This document shows, piece after piece, positions 48,377 to 57,704 of a stretch of 63,273 nucleotides of DNA. The notes under the pieces are model-generated. The model made no database searches. It was given only the letters and a program-made list of their open reading frames with translations, and was not told where the DNA came from. Origin of the DNA: Planctomycetota bacterium (GTDB lineage: Bacteria; Planctomycetota; UBA8108; UBA1146). How positions within the stretch are numbered: the first letter of the stretch is position 1; every line of letters starts with the position of its first letter. Location of the stretch: positions 1 through 63,273 of the forward strand of contig JAYZBV010000111.1 of assembly GCA_036338595.1 (NCBI GenBank), written 5' to 3'. Position numbers and translations under genes: made by a program.

Positions 48377-49263
48377 TGTACCAGGTATCGCCCGACTCCG
48401 CTTCGCCAGTTGTGGATCTGGTGGCGGCACCTCCACACCCCTTGATCGCCCTCGCCATCTCATCGCTCCTGATCATGATCACATGGATGGCGCTGCGAAC
48501 ACTGGCCCGGCGATTCTGGCCCGATCGCAAGTTGGGGATGCAACCCTCGGCCTTCACGGCCAGGGATGTGCTGATCGTCTTCGGCCTGCTGATCCTCGGT
48601 CAGGTGGCCGTCTCGATGCTGTGGCTGCCCGCTCCCGCACAGGGGGGGTCTCCTCAACCGATGTCAGCTCTGCTGCTAGCGGCATTGTCGCTCGTCAACA
48701 TCGCCATGGTTGCCCTCGCCATCTCGCTTCACCGACTCCATTGCATCGAGAAACAGCGCTCCGAATCGCTCTTTGTCGCCACAGGGATGCGCGCTCGCGA
48801 GGCGATCGCCTACGGGCTATTGGCTCTCGTCTGCTTCCTTCCAGCCCACTTCGGTGTGGCCATCGTCTGGGAACTGGCCCTGACAGGTCTCGAGGTGGAT
48901 CTCGATCCGCAGGAGAGCATTGTCATGATCATGGAGGCGATTCGAGACAAGAACTGGGGGCAACTGGCTCCGCTGCTCTTTTTTGCGACCATCGTTGCGC
49001 CCATCAGCGAGGAAGTGATGTTTCGAGGGTTGTTGTTTCGAGTCCTGCGCGACAAGGGTGGGTTCTTCATGGCAGCAATCATCTCATCTTTACTCTTCAC
49101 ACTGCTGCACGACTCGGTCGCCTCATGGGGCCCGCTGATGGTTCTCGGCATGCTGCTCGCCTGGGTCTATCACCGTAGCGGCAGCCTGCTCGTCAGCATC
49201 GTGCTGCACTTCGCCTTCAATGCCGCGATGATCTCGCTGCTCTTCATCATCGGGAGTGACTGA
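48376..49263 (+). CDS. CPBP (type II CAAX/Abi) intramembrane glutamic endopeptidase
   Basis: EEVMFRG, FTLLH, HFAFN motifs; multiple TMs; ATG overlaps the thiG TGA. Confidence 0.9.
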   Translation: MYQVSPDSASPVVDLVAAPPHPLIALAISSLLIMITWMALRTLARRFWPDRKLGMQPSAFTARDVLIVFGLLILGQVAVSMLWLPAPAQGGSPQPMSALLLAALSLVNIAMVALAISLHRLHCIEKQRSESLFVATGMRAREAIAYGLLALVCFLPAHFGVAIVWELALTGLEVDLDPQESIVMIMEAIRDKNWGQLAPLLFFATIVAPISEEVMFRGLLFRVLRDKGGFFMAAIISSLLFTLLHDSVASWGPLMVLGMLLAWVYHRSGSLLVSIVLHFAFNAAMISLLFIIGSD

Positions 49264-49264
49264 G

Positions 49265-50227
49265 ATGGCAAAGATAGGAGATCTGATCAGGTCACTTCGC
49301 GAAGAAAAGGGAGTCACCGCAAAGGACCTTGCCGAGCGGATCGGTCTCTCCGCATCCCAGATGAGTAGACTCGAGAGTGGTCAGCGTCGCGTCAATAGTG
49401 AGGTGCTTGCGCGGATTGCACGAGCACTGGAGGTCACGCCTTCGGAGTTTTTCGAGGAGGGTACTCCCGGTTCGGTCAGGCCCCTGTCCAGTTCTGCCGC
49501 ATCTCCTCTTCGGCAAGCGATCGGCAAGGTGATCCGTTCAGCCCGCCGCCAGAAACACTGGACCATCGAGGACCTGGCCCGCAAGACCTCTACATCCAGA
49601 GCCTTCTGTCTCTCCGTGGAAGAAGGCCGACGCAGCGGCATGGAGAGTGATTTCATCAAGAAAGCCTGTCGCCTGCTCGGCTTCAGCCCCCTTGAACTGC
49701 TGGCTTCCGCAGAAGAAAAACTCGATGTCTCCGAAACAGATCCACCGACATCGGTGACCGGATCCAGTTCTACCGTACATGGCATTCCTCTGCTGGCCGC
49801 CGATGTCAGCGCCTACCCTGAAGAGCTCGATGATCAGGGCAAGCCGTCGGGCGTGGTGGAACAATGGTTACAGTTACCCGGGATCGATCCTGATCGTTCC
49901 TTTGCTGTTCGGGTTGCTGGCGACGCCATGGCCGGGCCTGGAGAAGATTGTTTTCGAAACGGCGACGTCATCGTGCTGAGTCTCGATGAGGAGGTATCGA
50001 GCGGCTCCTATGCTCTTGTGAGAACATTGTGGATAAGTGATGAAGCGCCAGATTTGGCCACCAGAACCATCTTTTGCAGTTATTTTGATGACGATCACGG
50101 AGCCCGAAGATTGCAGTTCTTGCGGCAGGAGTTTCCTCCCTTCATACTCCCGGCGTCGGAGGTCGTGCACGCCTGGAAGGTGCTGCTCCACCTTCGTATT
50201 CCCGTGAACCCGGGTTCTCATCCCTGA
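49265..50227 (+). CDS. XRE-family regulator with two HTH domains and a degenerate LexA/CI (S24)-like C-terminal domain
   Basis: HTH1 IRSLREEKG..LAERIGLS..SRLESG; HTH2 IRSARRQKHWTIEDLA; FAVRVAGDAM..GDVIVL. Confidence 0.85.
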   Translation: MAKIGDLIRSLREEKGVTAKDLAERIGLSASQMSRLESGQRRVNSEVLARIARALEVTPSEFFEEGTPGSVRPLSSSAASPLRQAIGKVIRSARRQKHWTIEDLARKTSTSRAFCLSVEEGRRSGMESDFIKKACRLLGFSPLELLASAEEKLDVSETDPPTSVTGSSSTVHGIPLLAADVSAYPEELDDQGKPSGVVEQWLQLPGIDPDRSFAVRVAGDAMAGPGEDCFRNGDVIVLSLDEEVSSGSYALVRTLWISDEAPDLATRTIFCSYFDDDHGARRLQFLRQEFPPFILPASEVVHAWKVLLHLRIPVNPGSHP

Positions 50228-50306
50228 GCCCTGTTCACGGAAGAGACCGGGGGAACTGGACTTACCGCAAATTCAATTTCAACGCCGGATCCCGGGAACA
50301 GATCCA

Positions 50307-50383
50307 GGGGCATCTGCGTTGCTTCAGTAGACACACCTCCTCACGGGTCGGAGGGAATTCGTTCCCTCCGGCTCTATTTTTTT
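50307..50383 (+). ncRNA. Candidate small RNA: hairpin, single-stranded ACACACCUCCUCAC, terminator
   Basis: GGGGCA-N7-TGCTTC hairpin, anti-SD-like CCTCCT linker, strong terminator hairpin; about 80 bp downstream of the XRE gene. Confidence 0.4.
50345..50383 (+). terminator. Rho-independent terminator
   Basis: GGGTCGGAGGGAA-TTCG-TTCCCTCCGGCTC followed by TATTTTTTT. Confidence 0.88.
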
Positions 50384-50529
50384 GTGATCTTCCCCACCCT
50401 CCTCTGACGATCCGACGGTACCTCTGGAGATCCGTCTCCATCGGGCGAGACCCGTTGAAATTAAATTAGAATCGGCGGAGGCACGGTGATATGCACCGAA
50501 CCTCCGCCGAAGAAGAGAGGGTCAAGGGT

Positions 50530-51195
50530 TCAGCGGATGTCGTGAATCCGCAGGTCAGGTTGCAGCGCTTGCAGCGTCTGCAACACTTCTTTCTGTCGAT
50601 TAGTCCCGCCAACTCGCAGGTACCGCTCGAAGCTCTGGATGGCTTGCTCGCGTTTCTTGTTCGACATGTGGATCCGACCGATCCAGTAGTGTGGCTCTGC
50701 AAAAATGGGGTCAACTTCAAGGCATTCCTCAAGGTACTGGAATGCCAGGTCTCTTTTTTCCATCTGTATGTAGAGCAGTGCAAGTTGTAGCAGAGGGCCA
50801 GAGAATTCTTTTCCGTCGGAAGCTTCTATCACTGCAAGGTAGGCTTTTTCTGCGGCAGTGTAACTTCCGATTCCCTCGAAGATCTGCGCCGCGATGAAGT
50901 TGTAGCGCGGATTTCCAGGATCGATTTTCTGCGCTTTCTTGAGAGCTTTCAGAGCACTGTCATGATCGGACTGTTGCCAGTAGATACGAGCCAGCCGCTC
51001 CTGATATCTCGGCTCATTCGGGAAATCGCTCGCCAGTTTGTTGTACTTCTCCAGCTTCACATCGAGAATCGTGGAATGACTCTCTTCGCTATCGATGACC
51101 ACCTGCTGTGAGATGGGACGAATCGTCTGAGTCGCACAGCCGGTGAGCAGCATCAACGCCATGATCGTCACGGCCAGGTAGATCTTGGTATTCAT
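50530..51195 (-). CDS. TPR-repeat lipoprotein
   Basis: Lipobox LLTG|C; TPRs (LARIYWQ..ALKALKKAQKIDPGN; LALLYIQ..LEECLEVDP; PHYWIGRIH..AIQSFERYL); ATG 51195. Confidence 0.85.
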   Translation of the reverse strand: MNTKIYLAVTIMALMLLTGCATQTIRPISQQVVIDSEESHSTILDVKLEKYNKLASDFPNEPRYQERLARIYWQQSDHDSALKALKKAQKIDPGNPRYNFIAAQIFEGIGSYTAAEKAYLAVIEASDGKEFSGPLLQLALLYIQMEKRDLAFQYLEECLEVDPIFAEPHYWIGRIHMSNKKREQAIQSFERYLRVGGTNRQKEVLQTLQALQPDLRIHDIR

Positions 51196-51578
51196 CAGTT
51201 CAATCCTCTCGACGAAGCAGAGCCCAACCGGGGCCACCTTTCTCCGTGAGGAATTGATCGGGTAAAGTCGGGCCAACCTTGAGGAAATTGTCCGGATTGC
51301 CACGAATCAGCCCGAACGTGTCATGCTGGGACTTGCTTGAACCCAAGAATTGCCTCTTCCATGGAGACCCCCGCCTTGCATCCTTGCCGGCACAATCACC
51401 CGCCGGACCCTTCGTTTTGTGCGTGATCACCCGCCAGCAGGCGGACACCAGCTGGGAATCTGACAACGAGGGATTCGTGTTGCTGAGGGACATTGCGGCG
51501 CTTTGCTGGCAGCACAGGCTGCGACAGGTCACACGCTGAGTTCAGATGACCTCGGACCAGGACGACTCTCGCCATCGT

Positions 51579-52967
51579 TCAGCACTGATCGAAGAGTGTA
51601 GAATAATTTACCTGACCGTGCCATCCGTCGAGCCCTCCCTCGCTCAACTCGAGCACCTGGAAAGCATCGTCGGTTCGTGGCCACTGGCAATGAAGTTGCC
51701 GCTGCTTGGCCGGCTGCCAGCCAAAACGGGAGTAATACTCGGGGTCACCCAGGACAAAGGCCGCACCGATCCCCTGCTCCCGGCATCGATCGAGTCCGTC
51801 GCGGATCAAGGCGCTGCCGCATCCTTGCCGCTGCTGCGATGGACGCACTGCGATGGGGCCCAGAGCCACCGCACGCTGGCCACTCGATGGAGCAGCGGAA
51901 CTGGTGACAGGAGAGAACATTGCATGCCCGAGGATCGAACCCGCCCTGACCGCCACCAGCGACAGCACTCCCGGCTGTCCCCGCATGTCGTCGATCAGTT
52001 GCGCTTCCTCCCCCCGCTCGAAAGCAGCCTGTACCAGCGCTCGCACCTCGGCATGATCCGCTGCGACCTCCTGGCGAATCGCCATCGATTCCCCCCCCAG
52101 TAGCAAGGCGCGCTGGACCGCGCCCATCTCGAATCCCAGCCGCCGATACAATCCCAGGGCAGGGCCCTCCCCATCGGCCCCCAGCAGCAGCGCGCGGCAG
52201 CCGCCTCGCATCAGTGCGTGCTGGCCCACCCTCGAGACCAGTGTCGAACAGACTCCACGCCGGCGAAAATCCGGATGCGTCTCGACCGCCTGGTATCTCC
52301 CCAGTTGATCGGAGCAGGAGACCATCCCGCACTGCCCCACCAGTTGTTCATCGAGGAAGGCCCCCCACCAGGTGGCCAGCCCCGCCCGCACTCGCTGGCG
52401 CCACGACTGACGAATCCGTTTCTTGAAGAGCTGGTACTGCGCGGAACCGCCGCTCTCGTTGGGATCACACTGCTGGTTGAGATTCTCGATCCGATCAAAC
52501 TCTCCCTCGAAATCCAGTGGCCGCACCACTACATCGAGATTCTCGGGGTTGATCAACCGGGTCGCAATCATCGCCGGACCGGAATCCTCGGTCATTCCCA
52601 GAGCGATGGCGGCTGCTTGCGCTGACGGAGAGAGGGGCGCACCGTCCCAACGCAAAAGTACATGTTCCACCTCGGGAAAGCTCTGGAACTGGTCGCGAAA
52701 CCGTTCGATCCACGGCTCCAGTTGATCCGCCTCCGGTGCCGCCGGTAGCAACAGGTAGTTGCCCCAGTAGTAGCCGGGGTTTTCTGGAGATCTCACCTGG
52801 ATGCAGGATTCCAGGGAGTCCACCACGCCATCGACAGCCGCCATGTCGAGGTCGGTTTGAGTCAGTAGCGAGCACTCCACTGGAGGCATCGAATCTTCAT
52901 CTCCTTGACCATGGCGCAGTGGCTCACCCATCTCAGAATGCGACTCGTTTGCGGAAGCGACTTTCAT
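51579..52967 (-). CDS. Multi-domain (tandem) GNAT N-acetyltransferase
   Basis: VETHPDFRRRGVCSTLV and LGPIAVRPSQQRQGCGSALI acetyl-CoA motifs; VLGDPEYYSRFG (YhbS-like); start uncertain. Confidence 0.85.
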   Translation of the reverse strand: MKVASANESHSEMGEPLRHGQGDEDSMPPVECSLLTQTDLDMAAVDGVVDSLESCIQVRSPENPGYYWGNYLLLPAAPEADQLEPWIERFRDQFQSFPEVEHVLLRWDGAPLSPSAQAAAIALGMTEDSGPAMIATRLINPENLDVVVRPLDFEGEFDRIENLNQQCDPNESGGSAQYQLFKKRIRQSWRQRVRAGLATWWGAFLDEQLVGQCGMVSCSDQLGRYQAVETHPDFRRRGVCSTLVSRVGQHALMRGGCRALLLGADGEGPALGLYRRLGFEMGAVQRALLLGGESMAIRQEVAADHAEVRALVQAAFERGEEAQLIDDMRGQPGVLSLVAVRAGSILGHAMFSPVTSSAAPSSGQRAVALGPIAVRPSQQRQGCGSALIRDGLDRCREQGIGAAFVLGDPEYYSRFGWQPAKQRQLHCQWPRTDDAFQVLELSEGGLDGWHGQVNYSTLFDQC

Positions 52968-54993
52968 CGATGGTCATCCGAAGGATGCGTGTTCCCACTT
53001 CGATCTGATCGAGCAGGTCCAGTCCATCCACCACCTGGCCAAAGACGGTGTAACGACCATCCAGATGGGGTGTGGGTAAGTGCGTGATGAAGATCTGAGA
53101 CCCTCCCGTGTCATCTCCGGCCTTGGGCATTCCCACCGTTCCCCTGCGATAGGGGCGCGGGTGAATCTCATCGATGAGATGCCAACCCTCATCTCCCCAA
53201 CCGTCTCCCCGAGGACCTCCACCCTGAGCAACAAAGGAGGGCACGACTCTGTGAAAGATCCTGCCGTCGTAAGCCTTTCGGCGAATCCCATCGATGAACG
53301 CACTGACGTGTCGTGGAGCCGCTTCCAGATCGAGTTCGATCACCATCGTTCCCGACTCCAGTTTCAGAAACACGCGCGGGCGGCCTTCACCGGTCATCTG
53401 TTTCCGGGTGATCGGCGGTGAAGGACATCGGCCCGCAAGTGGCGGGACCGGCACACCGAGCACTCGAGCTGCAGCGGCCCTGACGGTGCGAAATGAATCG
53501 TCCAGTGATTGCCTCGCCAGCATTTCTCCGGCATCGGTGTCGGAGAGATGGTCGAGGATCTGAACCCGCAATTCCCATGCATCAGCACCCAGCGACCGCG
53601 TCCAGATGGTCTGGAGCAATTGCTGCCACTGGTCGATCTTGCTGCTTACCGCCAGTTGGGCAGCCGGCATCTTCACCGACACATCGGGATCACGAAGTGC
53701 CTTTCGGATCAGATCCGCCACCGACGGATCCTCTATCGATGCTAGAGCGGAAACCGCAGCCGCACGAACACGGCGATCGGGGTCCTCGAGAAACGGCAGC
53801 AACGAAGGCAATCCGGCTGCCCCCAGATCGGCAAAGGCGCTGGCGCACGAAGTTCGAATCCAGGGAGATTCATCCTTGATGAACTCTGCCAGGATCTCTC
53901 CGCAACGAACCGGTGTCAGCAGTCCTAGATCTGCCGCTGAAGCCAGGGCACCGACCGCTGCAGAACGAACTGCAACTGATCTCTCAGGATCGAGCGATCC
54001 GATGATGAACGGCAACTCGACTGGCGTGGCGCCGATCCCGAGGCTCTCGACCACTACCGGTGCGACCAGCGGATGCTGCTCCTGAATCAGATGCCTCAAC
54101 AAGATATCGCGAGCCTCGACCGTTCGACCCCATTTCATCTCTCGCATCTTCCCGATGGTGCGTAATGCTTCGACCCTGGCGGTCCACGGAGAGGCCTTAT
54201 CGAGTAACAACTCATCCAGGCCCTCGAGTGCGAGCGAATCGAGCGGCTGTCTCGCACCCCACGCTGCGAATGTCCTCACAAGTCCGGAGCGATGTAATAA
54301 CGACTGCCTCAGCGGGGCAGATGTATCTGCATGCTCGATCTTCATCAGGGCATAGGCAAATTGCCATGGATCCTCAAGGGACTCATCGAGCAGCAACCGG
54401 GACAGGACTTCGATCGCTGCCTGCGCCGCTTCCCCGTGGCGCCAGACAGAAAGGGCAGCCTCGCGCTGAAGTTCTGGCTTTCGGGAGTCTTCGAGGGTTT
54501 CGATCAATACCCCGACAACACTGCTGGCCCAATCGAGATCATTTTCATCCGGAGCGACGATTCGACCGAGCGCGGTGACCGCTGCTTGCTGCACCGAGGG
54601 CTGCTGTTCATTACCGCTCAACCTCGCCAGCAGGTCGAACGCTCTCCCGTCACCGATCTGACCCAGAGAGAATGTCATCGCCTCGAGAACCCTGATGTCC
54701 TTCTCCGACCCTGCGGCCTCGATCAACGGCAACGCTCCCGCCTTGAAGCGAGTTCTTCCCGCCACATCCGCTGCTTTCTGACGCACGCTGGCTGCAGGGT
54801 TTCGCAGCATCCGTTCCAGAAAGAACAGTTCCAGGCTGCGTTCATCTTCCGCCTTGTCGAGAAGTTCGAGCGACAGATTCTCGATACGGACTCGAGCATT
54901 CACCGGAGAGTTCTCTCGGTCTGCCTTATCGTCGGGACGCTGGCAAGAAGCGATGATCAGCAGAAGCACCAGCAGGCATCCAGAGGTCCTCAT
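52933..54993 (-). CDS. HEAT-repeat + cyclophilin-type peptidyl-prolyl isomerase lipoprotein
   Basis: Lipobox IIAS|C; many HEAT repeats; FHRVVPSFVAQGG, GGSQIFIT, HLDGRYTVFGQV; ATG 54993. Confidence 0.9.
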   Translation of the reverse strand: MRTSGCLLVLLLIIASCQRPDDKADRENSPVNARVRIENLSLELLDKAEDERSLELFFLERMLRNPAASVRQKAADVAGRTRFKAGALPLIEAAGSEKDIRVLEAMTFSLGQIGDGRAFDLLARLSGNEQQPSVQQAAVTALGRIVAPDENDLDWASSVVGVLIETLEDSRKPELQREAALSVWRHGEAAQAAIEVLSRLLLDESLEDPWQFAYALMKIEHADTSAPLRQSLLHRSGLVRTFAAWGARQPLDSLALEGLDELLLDKASPWTARVEALRTIGKMREMKWGRTVEARDILLRHLIQEQHPLVAPVVVESLGIGATPVELPFIIGSLDPERSVAVRSAAVGALASAADLGLLTPVRCGEILAEFIKDESPWIRTSCASAFADLGAAGLPSLLPFLEDPDRRVRAAAVSALASIEDPSVADLIRKALRDPDVSVKMPAAQLAVSSKIDQWQQLLQTIWTRSLGADAWELRVQILDHLSDTDAGEMLARQSLDDSFRTVRAAAARVLGVPVPPLAGRCPSPPITRKQMTGEGRPRVFLKLESGTMVIELDLEAAPRHVSAFIDGIRRKAYDGRIFHRVVPSFVAQGGGPRGDGWGDEGWHLIDEIHPRPYRRGTVGMPKAGDDTGGSQIFITHLPTPHLDGRYTVFGQVVDGLDLLDQIEVGTRILRMTIDESRFRKRVAF

Positions 54994-55112
54994 CCGTCTC
55001 CCTTTCACGGGGCACATTGCCTTAGCCACCAGATGTGATCATGCCATGTCTCTGACCGAAGATGCCAGAGGCGCACGGCGGTATCTCTCGCTGCATCATC
55101 CTCGCTGTAGCA

Positions 55113-55529
55113 TCACTGAGACTTGTTGGTCTCTCCTCTTCCTCGCAGCAGTTGCTCGATCTCCTCGCCGGAATAGACGCTGCCAGTACCGGATCCCGGG
55201 CACTCCTCCACCACCTCCTGCCAGCACTCGATGGAATCGAGATTCTGATGCCAGAAGGGGAAGGTCTTGCACTGAGGAGGGCGAACCGGATAGACGCTGC
55301 AACCCTCGTCCCAGAAGATGCACTCGAAGTTCGGCTTTTCGATCAAACTGCGCCGGCGACCCACTGTTCGAACGTATTTCTTCTCGAAAGTTGTGGGAGT
55401 CATCTGCAGGAATTCTGCAAGCCTGACGATGTCCGCACTGTTGACCCACACATAGCCCTCGACCTTGCAGCACTTGCCGCACTGAGTGCACTCGAATGGC
55501 AGGCCGTCATGCCACCATTTTTTTGTCAT
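55113..55529 (-). CDS. YkgJ-family cysteine cluster protein
   Basis: FECTQCGKCC, CIFW, CSVYPVRPPQCKTFPFW, CPG. Confidence 0.92.
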   Translation of the reverse strand: MTKKWWHDGLPFECTQCGKCCKVEGYVWVNSADIVRLAEFLQMTPTTFEKKYVRTVGRRRSLIEKPNFECIFWDEGCSVYPVRPPQCKTFPFWHQNLDSIECWQEVVEECPGSGTGSVYSGEEIEQLLRGRGETNKSQ

Positions 55530-55649
55530 GACGCTCCGTTCGTCGTGGCAAGGTATCAGGGAAGCCCCGGTGTGGGAATATCAGCGCTTCCGCAGGTGCC
55601 CGTGGCACCGGTAGCCTGTGCTGGTTACTATCCGTGCCGGAGGAATTCG

Positions 55650-56120
55650 ATGGCTCTGACCCTTATCGCCCTGAAGTACCGTGTTTGGATCCTGCTGGCA
55701 TTATTCTCGTCGCTCATCGTTCTACCTGGATGTGTCGACAGGTCTCTTTCGATTCGAACCTCTCCACCAGGGGCGAAGGTGTTCATCGATGGCATCGATG
55801 TCGGGAAATCTCCAGTGACCATTGCCTTCGATCATTACGGTACGAGAGATGTGATGGTCAGGATGGAAGAAAACGAGAAGCGTGGCGAAAGATCCCTCGC
55901 TCCACAGAGGCGTCAAGTTCGACTCTCTCCACCCTGGTACCAACGATTTCCAATAGACTTCGTATTCGATGTTCTCTGGCCAGGAAAAATACAGGTCTCT
56001 TTCGAAGAGTCCTTCGTTCTGGAACCACAGGATCTCGATGCTCTATCGGAGCGATTTCGCGCCACAGCCCGGGAACACGGTATCGTCGGCCCGCTCGACG
56101 AACCTGGAGACACTCCCTGA
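55650..56120 (+). CDS. PEGA-domain lipoprotein
   Basis: Lipobox LPG|C; SIRTSPPGAKVFIDG..G.SP..F.HYG; PPWYQRFPIDF; RBS GGAGG. Confidence 0.85.
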   Translation: MALTLIALKYRVWILLALFSSLIVLPGCVDRSLSIRTSPPGAKVFIDGIDVGKSPVTIAFDHYGTRDVMVRMEENEKRGERSLAPQRRQVRLSPPWYQRFPIDFVFDVLWPGKIQVSFEESFVLEPQDLDALSERFRATAREHGIVGPLDEPGDTP

Positions 56121-56130
56121 TGAGGTCGTG

Positions 56131-57600
56131 GTGACTACCGAAGAGATCACTGATCTCAAGTTCGGGTCGCCAGACCGTAACCCTGATCAACTCGAGGGGT
56201 TGAGGGTGCTGGTGGTGGGTCTCGGTCGGCACGATGGCGGCACCGACCTGGTGCGCTTCCTTGCTGATCGTGGAGCCGTTGTCTCCATCACGGATCCAGC
56301 AGATCACGACCAGTTGAAGTCCTCCCTCGATAGGGTCGCTGACTTGCCGCTACACAGGGTTCGTATTGGAGAGCCACACCACCGTCAAGATCTCCTCGAT
56401 TGCGACTGGGTGGTGGTCAATCCCGCCATTCCACCTGGCACACCCTTCCTCGGGGAAATCGCCAGGAGTTCGGTGCTTGCAGTGACGGAACTGGGTATGG
56501 CGATCTCCTGGTTGCCACGGCAACACCTCGCGGCCATCACAGGTACTCATGGAAAGAGCACCACCTGCCAGCTCGCTTGCCAGATGCTTCGCGCCTCCGG
56601 GCTCGGAGCCATCGCCGGTGGCAACCTGGGCGGTAGCCTTCTCTCTCAGATCGACGATGGGCAATCCAGTGAGGTGCGTTACATCGTCGAGGTCTCATCT
56701 TTCCAGGCCGAACGCCTGGATGAGAAAGCGGATCGCCCCGCCATCGTGGCCATCACTAACCTTTCTGACGACCACCTCGACTGGCACGGCAGTCGGAAAA
56801 AGTACCGAGATGCCAAGTTGAGGCTGCTGGATAACCCGGGCCGAGGTGATGCCATCGCCATACTTCCCACCACCGGCCCGCTCGGCAGGGACTATCACTG
56901 CAACACCCGGACGGTGATCCGTTGCGGTCTGGACGGCACCGCAGGGGAATCCAGACCCGGATCAGGAACTCTTCAAATCATCACTACAGATCGTGATGAG
57001 CTGACGATTCCGTTTTCCGCCCCGAGTCCACTGGAAGGATCCGCTGGACTCGAGAACTCGCTGCAAGCGGCGACCATCGCTGCCGCTCTGGGCGCCACCG
57101 AGGAAGGGATCTCGAGGGCGATCGATAATTATGTAGGACTCCCGCATCGCTATCAGGAAGTGGGAGAAGTGCGGGGAGTACGCTACATCGATGACTCCAA
57201 GGCGACCACACCTGAAGCCGTTGCCAGCGCAATCCACCGCAGCAATTGCACGCTTCACTGGCTCTGTGGCGGCAAGCCCAAGAGCGGGGAGATCGACATC
57301 CGCCCCCTTCTGGAGCCTCTCTCTGGCAGGAAGTGTCACGCCTATTGCTTCGGCGGATTGGCCGAAAACTGGCAGGATGCGCTCAGATCAGCACCGCTGT
57401 CGCACCTCGAAGGCCATCGATCCCTCGCAGCTGCCTTCGAGGCCGTAGCCGCGAAGGCAGCAACAGGCGAGATGGTGCTACTGAGCCCTGGAGGCAGTTC
57501 ATTCGACCAGTATCCATCTGCCGAGGAGCGGGGGCTGGAGTTCCAGCGGCTCGTTTCCGGGATGGGTCCATCGCTGACAGCCTCTGCGGGAGATCGCTAA
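56131..57600 (+). CDS. murD: UDP-N-acetylmuramoyl-L-alanine--D-glutamate ligase
   Basis: VVGLGR..GG, AITGTHGKSTT, GGNLG, VEVSSFQ, DHLDWHG, GLPHR, DDSKATT, LLSPGGSSFDQY..ERG. Confidence 0.9.
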   Translation: MTTEEITDLKFGSPDRNPDQLEGLRVLVVGLGRHDGGTDLVRFLADRGAVVSITDPADHDQLKSSLDRVADLPLHRVRIGEPHHRQDLLDCDWVVVNPAIPPGTPFLGEIARSSVLAVTELGMAISWLPRQHLAAITGTHGKSTTCQLACQMLRASGLGAIAGGNLGGSLLSQIDDGQSSEVRYIVEVSSFQAERLDEKADRPAIVAITNLSDDHLDWHGSRKKYRDAKLRLLDNPGRGDAIAILPTTGPLGRDYHCNTRTVIRCGLDGTAGESRPGSGTLQIITTDRDELTIPFSAPSPLEGSAGLENSLQAATIAAALGATEEGISRAIDNYVGLPHRYQEVGEVRGVRYIDDSKATTPEAVASAIHRSNCTLHWLCGGKPKSGEIDIRPLLEPLSGRKCHAYCFGGLAENWQDALRSAPLSHLEGHRSLAAAFEAVAAKAATGEMVLLSPGGSSFDQYPSAEERGLEFQRLVSGMGPSLTASAGDR

Positions 57601-57704
57601 CCTCCCGACCGGGTTGCTTTCCAATTTCAATAACTGGACGCTACTTGTCGCTCGGGGCAGGATGTCGGATCGTGGCGACTGCCGAAAACCCTGATGGAGG
57701 AACC

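Noticed and set aside
51196..51578. Intergenic gap of about 380 bp with ATCACCCGCC repeated twice, considered as an ncRNA
   Set aside because: No convincing extended structure, terminator or known RNA motif visible
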